From Myxococcota bacterium (GTDB lineage: Bacteria; Myxococcota_A; Polyangia; Nannocystales; Nannocystaceae): DNA of 64,000 nt. Positions 36,897 through 46,872 of the stretch are shown piece after piece (the stretch's first letter is position 1; each line of letters opens with the position of its first letter). The notes under the pieces were generated by a model. It saw nothing but the letters and a program-made list of their open reading frames with translations, was not told where the DNA came from and did no database searches. A program made the position numbers and the translations under genes. Location of the stretch: assembly GCA_039028615.1 (NCBI GenBank), contig JBCCHT010000017.1, forward strand, positions 1-64,000, read 5' to 3'.

Positions 36897-38117
36897 ATGA
36901 CGTCTGCAGGGCCCCTCTCCGACATCCAGCTCGCGGTGATGCCGGCACAGCCGGAGCACGAGACCCGCGTGTTCCTGCAGATCGACGACTTCCCCGCGGT
37001 GGTCGACGTCGGAGGGCAGAAGAAGCCCGGCGTGCTGGTGCTGGCCGGGTACACGCTCTACGGCGATGCCGTCCGCAACGCGGCCCCGAACCTGCGCGCC
37101 TTCGGCATCGCGCTAGGGCGCCTGTCCGCCGCCTGGGGATCGCGACTCGCCCCGTCGAGCCAGGCCGCGGCCTTGCGCCATGCCGTCGAAGACCCCGCCG
37201 CCCACCTCCGCGTGCTGCGTTGGGCCGCGGGCATGGAGATGAACGCCGAGGTCTGGACCACCTCGGACTTCCGCTTTCTCGCCGCGTTCGCCCCGAGCTT
37301 CGACGCCGCCGAGCTCCGAGCGCACAAGCACGCGCTCAAGCGCGCCGCCCTGAGCGAGCTTCGTCCCGAGTTCCTCGCCGCTCCGCACGTGTTCGTCCTG
37401 GGTCACGCGCGTAGCGGCACGCGATGGCTGGTGCGAGTCCTCGAGGAGATCTGCCGGGCGGGCGGGGCCGCGGTTCGCTTCGGCCCCATGGTGGAGCCCG
37501 GTCACGCCAAGCTGGTCTCGGAGCTCGGAGACACGGGAGGGCTCTTCGCCGACTCGGGGGAGGTCCCCGTCGCGGAGACCGACGATCCGGCCGTGCTCAT
37601 GCAACGGCTGTGTCCAATCCCCGGCTACTTGGCGTGCAAGCTGGCGTTCCAGTACGCCTCGAAGCTGGAGCTCTTTCCCAACGCCCGGCCCTTCGTGATC
37701 GTGCGAGATCCGAGGAACGTATTCCTGTCGAAAAAGGCGTTCCTCCCCGATCGCCCTCGCCATGTGCGGGAGCACCTGCGCGGCTTCGTCCGCGGCATGC
37801 TCACGGCCCGTAACGACGCCGAGCGTATTGGAGCACCGTGCATTCGTTACGAGGACATGCTCGAAAAGCCGCGCGAGACCTTTGCCGGCCTGGCCGAGTC
37901 ACTGGGTGTGACCCTCGACGACGAGGCCCTACGTGACTTGGTCGGGCGCACCAGCTTCAAGGCGATGAGCGGAGGCCGTGCCTACGGCGATCGCCGCAAT
38001 GGCGAGTACATGCGCGGCGGGTCACAGTGGGAGACCGAGTTCAATGACGACGACCGAGCGTGGATCGCCGACAACCTCGGCTCGGAACTCGAAACGCTCG
38101 GCTACGACCTCGAGTAA
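36897..38117 (+). CDS. Sulfotransferase-domain protein
   Basis: 5'-PSB GHARSGTRWL, 3'-PB IVRDPRNVFLS, IRYEDM. Confidence 0.82.
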   Translation: MTSAGPLSDIQLAVMPAQPEHETRVFLQIDDFPAVVDVGGQKKPGVLVLAGYTLYGDAVRNAAPNLRAFGIALGRLSAAWGSRLAPSSQAAALRHAVEDPAAHLRVLRWAAGMEMNAEVWTTSDFRFLAAFAPSFDAAELRAHKHALKRAALSELRPEFLAAPHVFVLGHARSGTRWLVRVLEEICRAGGAAVRFGPMVEPGHAKLVSELGDTGGLFADSGEVPVAETDDPAVLMQRLCPIPGYLACKLAFQYASKLELFPNARPFVIVRDPRNVFLSKKAFLPDRPRHVREHLRGFVRGMLTARNDAERIGAPCIRYEDMLEKPRETFAGLAESLGVTLDDEALRDLVGRTSFKAMSGGRAYGDRRNGEYMRGGSQWETEFNDDDRAWIADNLGSELETLGYDLE

Positions 38118-38176
38118 GTGGCGAAAGCCGCACGCGTGACAGCGCTGAAATCTCGCCCGTACGGTCGGCGGGACCT

Positions 38177-40135
38177 ATGGAGCGAAGCCGATCGTCGGTG
38201 CTATCCTCGCGCCTCTTTTCCTTGGAGAGAACATTGGCACACGGATCGGCTTCGGTTACCAGGCTCCTGCTCTGCGCGCCATTTGGCGCCCTCGCTTTCT
38301 CCGCGGCCACCACCGCGAACGCGGCGAGCCCGACTTACTACGACAACTCCGCGACGTTTCTGGGCGACCTCTCCACCACCGTCACCGACGACTACTCCGA
38401 CGGCGGCTACGGGTTCATCCAGAACAACGCCACCATGAGCAACGTGCTCGGCGAGACGGACTACGAGAGCACCGGGCTCGACAACCAGAACACGGTGTTC
38501 AACTCGGGCGGCGACTTCCGCTACTGCTCGGGCTGCACGGGCTCGTTCCGGCTGTCGTTCCAGACGACCAGCGTAGGCACGGGCTCGGGCGTCATCGGGG
38601 CCGGCTTCTTCGTCGAGTCCCACGACCTGAGCTCCCCCTACGTCGCGTTCGTCACCTTCGCCGACGGCACCACCGAGAACGTGGCCCTACCTGCGGGCGG
38701 CAACTTCTGGGGCGTGACCGCGGCCGAGCGCATCGAGTCGATCCACATCGGTCTGCCCGGGGGCGTCGCCACGACCAGCGGCAACTTCGCAATCGACGAT
38801 CTGGTCGTCGGCGACGGCGTGGTGCCCGATAGCGACTGCTGCTCCGACAGCCCGATGAACCTGCCCGGCTGCCTCGACCTGACCTGCGAGGCGTCGGTCT
38901 GTGCAGCCCTGCCCTTCTGCTGCGACACCGAGTGGGACAACCTGTGCGCGTTCCAGGCCGAGGCCCTGTGCCCCGCCGTGTGCAATAGCTGCGGCAACGG
39001 GGTCGTGGCCGATGGCGAGGAGTGCGACGACGGGGGCGAGTCGGCCACCTGCAACGCCGACTGCACCTTTGCCGAGTGCGGCGACCTCCAGATCAACGCC
39101 AGCGCGGGCGAAGACTGTGACGAGGGCGGCATCGAGTCCGCGACCTGCGACGCCAACTGCACCGCGGTGGCCTGTGGCGACGGCGACCTCAACCTCACCG
39201 TCGGCGAAATCTGTGACGGCGGGGGCGAGACGGTCGACTGCGACACCGACTGCACCCCGGCCGAGTGCGGCGACCTCACCGTCAACAACACCGCGGGCGA
39301 GACCTGCGACGACGGTGCCCGCTCGGCCGGCTGCAACGCCGACTGCACCACCGCCAGCTGCGGTGATGGTGTCCTCAACGCCACGGCAGGCGAAATCTGC
39401 GACGCCGGCGGTGAGTCGGCCGAGTGCGACGTCGACTGCACCGTGGCCGAGTGCGGCGACGCGGTCGTCAACGCCACCGCGGGCGAGGCCTGCGACACGG
39501 GGGCCGAGTCCGTCGAGTGCAACGACGACTGCACCGTCGCGGCCTGCGGCGACGGCATCCTCAACACCGCGGCGGGTGAGAACTGCGACGACGGAGGCGA
39601 GACGGCCACCTGCGACATCGACTGCACCGTCGCCAACTGCGGAGACGGGGTCGTCAACACCACCGCGGGCGAAGAATGCGACGACTCGGGCGAGTCGGCC
39701 GAGTGCGACGACAACTGCACCGTGGCCGAGTGCGGCGACGGAGTGATCAACGTCAGCGCGGGCGAAGAGTGCGAGGACACCAACACCGAGGACGGCGACG
39801 GGTGCTCTTCGCAGTGCACCATCGAGCGAGACTCGGGCAGCAGCAGCGGCGGCGGGTCGACCGGGGACTCCGGCAACGCCGAGGGTGACACCACGGCCGC
39901 GGGTGGCGACACCACGGGCGACGACGCCAACGACGAGACCGCGACGCCGGGCTCCACCAGCACCACCGGGTCCACGGGCGCGACCGGGAGCGGCGACACG
40001 GCCGACGCAGCCGAGCCCGCGGGCGGCTGCAACTGCTCGACCAGCGACGAGGGGCAGACCCCGGGCGTGGTCTGGTCCCTGCTCGCTCTATTCGGTTTCG
40101 GCGCCGCGCGTCGCCGCCGACGCCGAGCCGCCTGA
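38177..40135 (+). CDS. Myxococcal Cys-rich repeat protein with MYXO-CTERM
   Basis: Signal-like segment; nine CGDG..N..AGE.CD....S..C..DCT units; GGCNCS...WSLLALFGFGAARRRRRR. Confidence 0.85.
   Translation: MERSRSSVLSSRLFSLERTLAHGSASVTRLLLCAPFGALAFSAATTANAASPTYYDNSATFLGDLSTTVTDDYSDGGYGFIQNNATMSNVLGETDYESTGLDNQNTVFNSGGDFRYCSGCTGSFRLSFQTTSVGTGSGVIGAGFFVESHDLSSPYVAFVTFADGTTENVALPAGGNFWGVTAAERIESIHIGLPGGVATTSGNFAIDDLVVGDGVVPDSDCCSDSPMNLPGCLDLTCEASVCAALPFCCDTEWDNLCAFQAEALCPAVCNSCGNGVVADGEECDDGGESATCNADCTFAECGDLQINASAGEDCDEGGIESATCDANCTAVACGDGDLNLTVGEICDGGGETVDCDTDCTPAECGDLTVNNTAGETCDDGARSAGCNADCTTASCGDGVLNATAGEICDAGGESAECDVDCTVAECGDAVVNATAGEACDTGAESVECNDDCTVAACGDGILNTAAGENCDDGGETATCDIDCTVANCGDGVVNTTAGEECDDSGESAECDDNCTVAECGDGVINVSAGEECEDTNTEDGDGCSSQCTIERDSGSSSGGGSTGDSGNAEGDTTAAGGDTTGDDANDETATPGSTSTTGSTGATGSGDTADAAEPAGGCNCSTSDEGQTPGVVWSLLALFGFGAARRRRRRAA
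38990..39826 (+). repeat. Tandem coding repeat of about 93 nt (31 aa), 9 units
   Basis: Units counted from the translation. Confidence 0.8.
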
Positions 40136-40191
40136 GCAGCTCGCCGGTTGGGGGGCGGCGCTTCCGTCCGCTCCCCGACGCCTCCGCTCGA

Positions 40192-42183
40192 CTACTCGAG
40201 GTTCGAGCGGAGGATGGTCAGTGAGTCGACCTCGGTGCCGTCGACGTCGTAGACGGTGGCCACGAGCGCCGGGTCGACGGCACTCGTGTCGATCTCGAGG
40301 TTCATGAAGTAGTTGCTGCCGCTGAAGCAGTTGACCAGCTCGCCGCCGATGGGCGGGCAGGCGGCGATCGAGCTGTTGGCCATGGCCGACGACGTCAGCT
40401 CGGGGATGGGATAGCCCCCCTTCACCGCGGGCAGGGTTCGGAACTCCGAGCGACGGATGTCGCCCGAGAGCAGCACCACCCCGGTGATGACCTCGTCGGC
40501 GATGTGCTGCAGCAGGCGCTGCTGCGCCGTGGGGAAGTTGGCCCACGACTGGCTCGCCGTGCTGTCGAGCGAGAACTGGCTGCCGCTGGCGATGAGCTTG
40601 AAGGTCGCGGTAGAGGCCGAGAGCGCATCGAGCAGCCACTGCTCCTGCGCGTCACCAGTGATCGAGTCGTCGAGCCCACGGTAGTAGCGATCGTCGATCA
40701 TGAAGATGTCGACGTCGCGATACGAGTGCATGCTGAAGATGCCCGGCGTGACCGCGAGCCCGTACGAAGGGTTGGCCCAGTACTCGGAGAAGGCCTGCAG
40801 CGAGAACTGCTTGCCAGTGGCGTTGCCGTCCTCACCGGAGCCCGTGTAGTCCAGGTCGTCCCAGATCGACAGGATCGAAGCCTCGTGCTGGAGCACGCTC
40901 CGCAGCCCTCGGCTGCGAGTGTAGCGGTAGTACTGCCGCAGCGTGGTCAGGTTGGAGGAGCCAGCGAAGTGGTTGTCGCCGAGGAACAGGAACACGTCGG
41001 GCTCGACGTCGCGAACCCCCTGCCAGATCGGCTGGTCGTCGGCGCCCGCCGAGGAGCCCATCGCCATCGACCACGTGCCGGACTCGCCCACGTCGGGGGC
41101 GGTGTTGAACGACCACGGGCCGTAGCGCGTACCGTCGATCTCGATGTCGTAGAAGTACTCCGTGTCGGGAGTCAGGCCGCCCACGTGCACGGTCTCGGTG
41201 AAGTCGTTCACGATGACCGGATAGCCGTAGTCCACGACCGGCGCGGACTGGAGCTCGACGAGGCTGGTGGCGACACGCAGCAGCACCGCCCGCGTGTGGT
41301 CGGTGCGGTACCAGATGCGCGCGTCGGTGGGCCCCATCGCGCCGAGCATGGGACCGTGCGTGATCGGGGTCGGCCAGATGGTGTCGCAGTGATTGCCGAA
41401 ACCGTCGGGATCGGCCCAGGCCGACAGCTCGCCCTCGCCGTTGCCGAAGTAGATGTCGAGCCCGTCCCGGCAATAGACCGGGTTGCCATCGAACGAGACC
41501 TGGAACCCCAGCGGCTTCCAAGCGTCGTTCCCCTCCGAGGTCAGGTAGAACTCCATGCTCTGGATGTCGGCGACGGCCGCCCCGTCCGCGTCGATGGTCA
41601 TGACGTCGTAGTTGGCGCGCCCCCGGTCCGCCCAGTCCTCGATGTCGAGCGCCTGGCACAGCCCGAGATCCGGGAAGCACACCTCGAACGAGTCGCCGCT
41701 CTCCGCGTCGGCCTCGACGTCGGTGTGCACGGTGATGTGAATCGTGTCGACCGTATCGCCGAAGGTGGGCGGGCCCGGATCCATGCACCCTTCGCCGTCG
41801 TTGGGCACGCCCTCGTCGATCTCTTCGTTGCAGTTCTGGTCGATGCCGTCGCAGACCTCGACCCCGTCGGCAAAGCCGGTCGGGTCGTCACCGTTGCAAT
41901 CCTCGGGCTCGCCGGTTCCCGTGGTCGTGTCCGATGACGCGTCGGTATCCCCGTCGCTCGTGGTCGTGTTCCCCCCCGCGCCCGTCGAGGACTCGTCGTC
42001 TGGAGAGGGAGTGCCCGTGGTGGTGGTCGCCTCGACCGTTCCGGTCGAGGTCGGATCCTCCGTGTCGAGCATCGTGTCGGGAGGGTCGAAACAACCGATC
42101 GCCGTCGAGCCGAACACCAAGGAAAAAATCGTAGAGCATGCGGCATCGCGGCGCTTACCGGGCATGCCATCATGCTGCCTCAT
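40192..42183 (-). CDS. PhoD-like metallophosphatase-fold lipoprotein (metal ligands appear substituted)
   Basis: TAIGC lipobox; EVCDGIDQNCNEEIDEG motif; HGPMLG, GLTPDTEYFY, FLGDN, IWDD, MIDDRYYR, Q.QWL, LLSGD. Confidence 0.8.
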   Translation of the reverse strand: MRQHDGMPGKRRDAACSTIFSLVFGSTAIGCFDPPDTMLDTEDPTSTGTVEATTTTGTPSPDDESSTGAGGNTTTSDGDTDASSDTTTGTGEPEDCNGDDPTGFADGVEVCDGIDQNCNEEIDEGVPNDGEGCMDPGPPTFGDTVDTIHITVHTDVEADAESGDSFEVCFPDLGLCQALDIEDWADRGRANYDVMTIDADGAAVADIQSMEFYLTSEGNDAWKPLGFQVSFDGNPVYCRDGLDIYFGNGEGELSAWADPDGFGNHCDTIWPTPITHGPMLGAMGPTDARIWYRTDHTRAVLLRVATSLVELQSAPVVDYGYPVIVNDFTETVHVGGLTPDTEYFYDIEIDGTRYGPWSFNTAPDVGESGTWSMAMGSSAGADDQPIWQGVRDVEPDVFLFLGDNHFAGSSNLTTLRQYYRYTRSRGLRSVLQHEASILSIWDDLDYTGSGEDGNATGKQFSLQAFSEYWANPSYGLAVTPGIFSMHSYRDVDIFMIDDRYYRGLDDSITGDAQEQWLLDALSASTATFKLIASGSQFSLDSTASQSWANFPTAQQRLLQHIADEVITGVVLLSGDIRRSEFRTLPAVKGGYPIPELTSSAMANSSIAACPPIGGELVNCFSGSNYFMNLEIDTSAVDPALVATVYDVDGTEVDSLTILRSNLE

Positions 42184-42532
42184 TTGCGGTGACCGTCAAA
42201 GGGTTTGAGCCTCGTAGCACTCGACATGAGGGCGCCTACGCGGCAATCCACGTTCACCGTGCGAATCAACCAACGCGCGGCACCAATAAAGGACTGGCCA
42301 CAACAGTCGTGGCCACGGTGGCTAGCGGGGAACCGACTGCACCCCGGCTTCGAACGGCAACGAACGAACCGCTCGCGCGTTGCCACGCACGCGAACATCT
42401 CCACGCGATCACGGTCGTCCGACCGTTCGTTAGGCAAGCGCGGTCTGTGATCCGCGACATCGACACGCCGTCGATGACTCGTCCTCGATAACGTCGAGCG
42501 CAGCCGTGTGTCGGGCACCGAGCCCGAGCCGA

Positions 42533-44920
42533 CTACTTGCTCTCGGGGTTGCTCAGCTCGGCCGCGACCCGCTCGTGGAAGCCGGCGGGGATCGACTCGT
42601 GCCGACGCGGATCGTCGATGGGTCGCACGAGGTCTTCGGCCGCGATGATCCACGGCGGCTCCGGTACGCGATCGAGTTCGTAGAAGCCGCCGCAGAAGCA
42701 CGCGTGCGGACACGAAGCGCACTGCTCCTTGCGGGTGCGCCGAGCCGCCAGGTACTCGCCCAGATTCACCGTCTCGTTGTTCACGAACACCATGTGCCGC
42801 GAGAGCTTGGCGAGGTCCCCCTGCAGCAGCTCGGTGTGGTCGGGCATGAAGCAGAAGGGCAGGTTGATGACCTGGAACTTCATGCGATCGCGGAACTCGT
42901 CGATCACCTCGGTGGCGATGCGAGCCGCGTCGGCGGTATCGGGTGCGACCCCACGCGTCGCACGTCCGAAGGGAGTGAGGAACTGGATGTTGAGCCACGG
43001 CAAGCCGAGCTTCAGGCTCAGCTGCGCCAGCTCCCGCAGCTTGCGGTAGTTCCCCTTGGTGAGCGTGACGTTCATGCCGAGCTCTACGCCGGGCGGCGCA
43101 TGCTTGACACAATTTTCGATGCCCCCGCAGGTCTGCTCGAAGGCCTCGGCCACGCCGACCTGCTGCGCGTGCGTGCGCTGGTCGGGGCCGTGCACGGAGA
43201 ACAGCAGCGTGGTCAGACCGCTGCGGACCAGCTCCTTGGCGTACCCGTCGTAGAAGCAGCGGCGGCCGTTGGTGGTGACGTTGATGCGCTCGTAACCCAG
43301 CGACCGGGCGGCGCGGATGAGCGGCACCAGCTCGGGGTTGAGCGTCGGCTCGCCGCCGTCGAAGTCGACCATGCGGACGCCCTTTTGGCGCCACTTGACC
43401 AGGTGCTCGCGCTGCCGCGTGGGGTGCCCCTGGATCTGCGTCCGAGTGCCCACCGCACAGAACGTGCAGTGGTTGTTGCAGACGTAGGTGACGTTCATGA
43501 TGAGCTTCTGCGGCGCGAGCGTGGCCTGCACGCGCTGCTGGAAGGTCCACATGAAGCGCTCGAGCAGCTCCGAGCTGAGCTCGCTGCCCGTCTGAGAGGG
43601 CGCCATCTGAAAGCGCGGCCCCCAGTCCTCGACGATCGGCAACGAGCGCCCCTCGGCCAGCGGCGTCCCCGGCAGCGGCGTGGCGAACTGGACGGCGGGA
43701 TAGGCCCCGTACTCGTCGAGGAGCTCGAGCGCGAACGCCAGCGTCTCGTTGACCTCGGCCGCCGTCTCCGAGGGCAAGCCGATCATGTAGTGGATCATCA
43801 GCGGCACGCCGACCTCGTGGGCGTTGCGAGCCGCGTTGCGGATGGTGTCGAGGTCGAGCCGCTTGCCCACCACCGAGTCGATCACCCGCAGCGAGCCGCT
43901 CTCGGCCGAGACGCTGACGGTGGTCACCCGGCCGCGCATGCGCGCGAGGTGGTCGCGCTCGAGGTAGTCGGCCCGCATTCCGTTGGGCACGTCGAAGGCC
44001 AGGTCGTGGGTTTCGACCGCGGCCAGGAAGGTCTCGAAGTGGCTCTTGCGAACGTTGATGAGCTCGTCGAGCACCGCCAGGCGCGTCGCCTTGCACTCTT
44101 TGGCCAGGAACTCGACGTAGCGCCCGAGGTACTCCTTCGAGTAGCGGCGCTGGGTCTTGGGCGCGCCCTCGAGGCGATCGGGGTTGGAGCTGCAGTGCAG
44201 GCAGGTGAAGGGGCACCCGCGCGAGGTCACCAGCGGCAGGGTCCGCCCGTCGATGGGGAAGGCCCACGCACCCCGGCCCAGCTTGGCGACGAAGCGCCCG
44301 TGAAACTGCTGGTAGTGCTGCAGGTCCACCGCGTCCCAGGCAGGAAAGGGCAGCGCGTCGAGATCGGCCGGGCGCTCGCCCGAGATCACGCGCCCTTCGA
44401 CATCACCGCGAACGAGACCGAGCACGGAGACCTCGGCCTCGTACTTCACCCAGTGGTCGGCTTCGGGGTAGCTGGCCAGCACCTGAGCCCCGTCGCACTC
44501 CACGTAGTGCTGCCCGGACTGATAGCAGTCGGCCAGGATGATGGTGGCCTCGGGGTGGCGCGCCCGCAGCTGCTCCAGCACGGCCGCGAGCACGTCGTCA
44601 CGATGCGGCGGGCGGTGGAAGGGCGCGTAGGCGACGACGATATGCGACCACTGGGGCGCGGCCTCGCCCTCGTCGGCACGCAGGCAGGCCTCGACCACGC
44701 TTTCCACCGGGGCACCGAGGTGCGCCCGGTCGTCGTCTCGCCACGACAGGTCGGAGTCGGGCAAGCAGAAGGCGTCGACGATCCGCACCGAGCCCTCGTC
44801 TTGCAGCGCTTGCCGCAGCGAGGCCCCGACCTGAAGCGCCCCCAGGTTGGTCAGGTAGGGATAGTCGATGAAGTCCCTCGCTACCGTGAGCGGAGGGTGA
44901 ACGACGAGCACCTGGTTCAT
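42533..44920 (-). CDS. B12-binding radical SAM protein with a second, HxsC-like radical SAM domain
   Basis: N-terminal cobalamin-binding-like domain; TSRGCPFTCLHC; YMIGLP.ET; second VCNNHCTFC with DGGEPT, NLPFC and CASCPHACFCGG. Confidence 0.88.
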   Translation of the reverse strand: MNQVLVVHPPLTVARDFIDYPYLTNLGALQVGASLRQALQDEGSVRIVDAFCLPDSDLSWRDDDRAHLGAPVESVVEACLRADEGEAAPQWSHIVVAYAPFHRPPHRDDVLAAVLEQLRARHPEATIILADCYQSGQHYVECDGAQVLASYPEADHWVKYEAEVSVLGLVRGDVEGRVISGERPADLDALPFPAWDAVDLQHYQQFHGRFVAKLGRGAWAFPIDGRTLPLVTSRGCPFTCLHCSSNPDRLEGAPKTQRRYSKEYLGRYVEFLAKECKATRLAVLDELINVRKSHFETFLAAVETHDLAFDVPNGMRADYLERDHLARMRGRVTTVSVSAESGSLRVIDSVVGKRLDLDTIRNAARNAHEVGVPLMIHYMIGLPSETAAEVNETLAFALELLDEYGAYPAVQFATPLPGTPLAEGRSLPIVEDWGPRFQMAPSQTGSELSSELLERFMWTFQQRVQATLAPQKLIMNVTYVCNNHCTFCAVGTRTQIQGHPTRQREHLVKWRQKGVRMVDFDGGEPTLNPELVPLIRAARSLGYERINVTTNGRRCFYDGYAKELVRSGLTTLLFSVHGPDQRTHAQQVGVAEAFEQTCGGIENCVKHAPPGVELGMNVTLTKGNYRKLRELAQLSLKLGLPWLNIQFLTPFGRATRGVAPDTADAARIATEVIDEFRDRMKFQVINLPFCFMPDHTELLQGDLAKLSRHMVFVNNETVNLGEYLAARRTRKEQCASCPHACFCGGFYELDRVPEPPWIIAAEDLVRPIDDPRRHESIPAGFHERVAAELSNPESK

Positions 44921-44929
44921 CGGGTGCCC

Positions 44930-46783
44930 CTACTCGGCCGCGCCGGCGACGTTCACCGGCTGCATGCACCCGTAGCTGTGCGCCCGGACGTAGTTGACGT
45001 GCACACCCTGGCAAGAGGCGTCGTACATGCACGTCTTACAGCGCAGTGACTTCGTGAAGTAGTGGTCCTGGATGTACTTCTTGGCGTAGCGGAAGATCTC
45101 GAGGTGCCCCTTGGCGTCGAGCATCGAGCCGTCGAAGGTCTTCGGCATGGCCCGCGGCTCGCGACCGGCGATGCAGGCGGGGATGCCTTCGAAGGGGATC
45201 TCGGCCTCCAGCTCGGCGAAGAACGCGTTGAGATCGACGTCCGCTTTAGACGAAGCGGTGAGCTTGGCGTGGGTGGGCTGGCGAAGGATCAAGCCCTCGG
45301 GCACCTTGGCCAGAGACTTCACCCAGTCGGCGTTGGAGCGGTCGAGCATGAGCAAGACCTCGAAGTCGCCGCGCAGATCGAGGAAGCGCTGGGCTTGCTC
45401 GTGATCGCGAACGATCACCTGGGCCAGCTTCAGCTCGGAGATCGCCCTGCCGGACTCGAGCGCCTCGAAGAGCCCGCTGTTGTCGGCCAGCTCGAGAGCG
45501 AGCTCGGTCGGACCGGGGTAGTGGGCAGCTTCTTGCAGCGCCGCGTCGAGGGTGGGCGCAACGACCCACAGTCGTCGGGCGCCCGCCTCGGCCCCGAGCT
45601 CGGGCGGCGCGAGATACTTGGGCGGCGTGCCCGTGCCGTACATCGGCAGGCTCAGGCGCAGGCGCTCGGCCGTCTTGCCCTCCGAGGCACCGGCCGCTTC
45701 CGCGGTGGTCTGATCGGAGTCGAGCATGAGCGCTTCGCGGGTCTCGCTGCGCTGACGACTGGCCGGGTCGCCGCCGTACACGGGCGGGAGCTTGGCTTCC
45801 CAGTCGGTGTCGACGCGGTAGACCTCGAAGTCTCGCTCGGCCAGCCGCTCGCGTCGCTCGTCGAGGCGATCGCAGAGCGGCTCGAGGTAGCAGTGGCTGC
45901 ACCGATGCGGCGCGCGGCAGTCCAGCGGCACGCCCTTCTCGAGCAGGTAGCCGTACTCTTCTTTGCGCCCGCGGACCTCGTCGTTGAGCTTGTACGGGTC
46001 CTGGATCAGGTGCTCGTAGCCCTCGAGGTGCTGAGGCGGGAAGCGGTTGAGCCAGATGTGGACATCCGGGCGCTCGGAGTAGGCGAAGGCCTCGAGCAAG
46101 TACGGACGCATCTGCTCGAGGTCGTAAAAGAGCGTCTCCTTGCCTTCCGTGTAGGCCCGGCCGAAGGGAATCACGTGCAGGAGGTCGTACTCGAGCACCC
46201 CCATGTCCGTGAACTTCTTCAGCATCGTGGGCAGCTGCTTGACGTTGCCCCGATTGACGCAGATGTCGATGTTGATGATGGGGCGGCCATCGGCCAGCGC
46301 GAGCTGGAGACCCTTGATCTCCTGCTCGAAGGCCCCCTTGGTGCCCACCAAGGCGTCGTGGATCTTGGCGTTGGGCCCGTGGATCGAGAACGTGATCTCA
46401 CCGAGGCCCGCGTCGAGAGCCGCGCGGAGGAACTCGGGGTAAGCAAACAGCCGCCCGTTGGTCACCGTCTGGATCCGCTCGTAGCCCGCGAGCGAGCCGA
46501 GGCGAACGAACTCCACGAAGTTGGGGTGGATGGTGGGCTCACCCCCGGAGAGGATCAGCCGCTCGGCGCCCTTGCGACGGCCGTCGAGGATCTGCGCCTT
46601 GATCTCTTGGTTGTTCCGGTTGGTGCCGTTGTGCGTGTGCGAGTCGAGGCAAAAGATGCAGTGATCGTTGCAATCGAAGGTCAGCCGCACCCAGTTGCGT
46701 TTTTGGTGAGCCGCCGCCTCGTGGGCCACGATCTTTTCGGTCCGCTCCTGAGCGGTCTCGGCACCAGCGTTTAGCCCGTCCAC
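44930..46783 (-). CDS. HxsC-like radical SAM protein with extended C-terminal module
   Basis: CNDHCIFC, LSGGEPTIHP, TNGR; CSHC...C; C-terminal GIPAC and CKTCMYDASCQG. Confidence 0.85.
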   Translation of the reverse strand: MDGLNAGAETAQERTEKIVAHEAAAHQKRNWVRLTFDCNDHCIFCLDSHTHNGTNRNNQEIKAQILDGRRKGAERLILSGGEPTIHPNFVEFVRLGSLAGYERIQTVTNGRLFAYPEFLRAALDAGLGEITFSIHGPNAKIHDALVGTKGAFEQEIKGLQLALADGRPIINIDICVNRGNVKQLPTMLKKFTDMGVLEYDLLHVIPFGRAYTEGKETLFYDLEQMRPYLLEAFAYSERPDVHIWLNRFPPQHLEGYEHLIQDPYKLNDEVRGRKEEYGYLLEKGVPLDCRAPHRCSHCYLEPLCDRLDERRERLAERDFEVYRVDTDWEAKLPPVYGGDPASRQRSETREALMLDSDQTTAEAAGASEGKTAERLRLSLPMYGTGTPPKYLAPPELGAEAGARRLWVVAPTLDAALQEAAHYPGPTELALELADNSGLFEALESGRAISELKLAQVIVRDHEQAQRFLDLRGDFEVLLMLDRSNADWVKSLAKVPEGLILRQPTHAKLTASSKADVDLNAFFAELEAEIPFEGIPACIAGREPRAMPKTFDGSMLDAKGHLEIFRYAKKYIQDHYFTKSLRCKTCMYDASCQGVHVNYVRAHSYGCMQPVNVAGAAE

Positions 46784-46872
46784 AGGGCACCACTATAGCC
46801 GATATGGTCGACGCGAAGTTGGCCGAGCTTGGGCACACACCCGCGATTGCAGGCACGAGTCACCCGCCGTGC

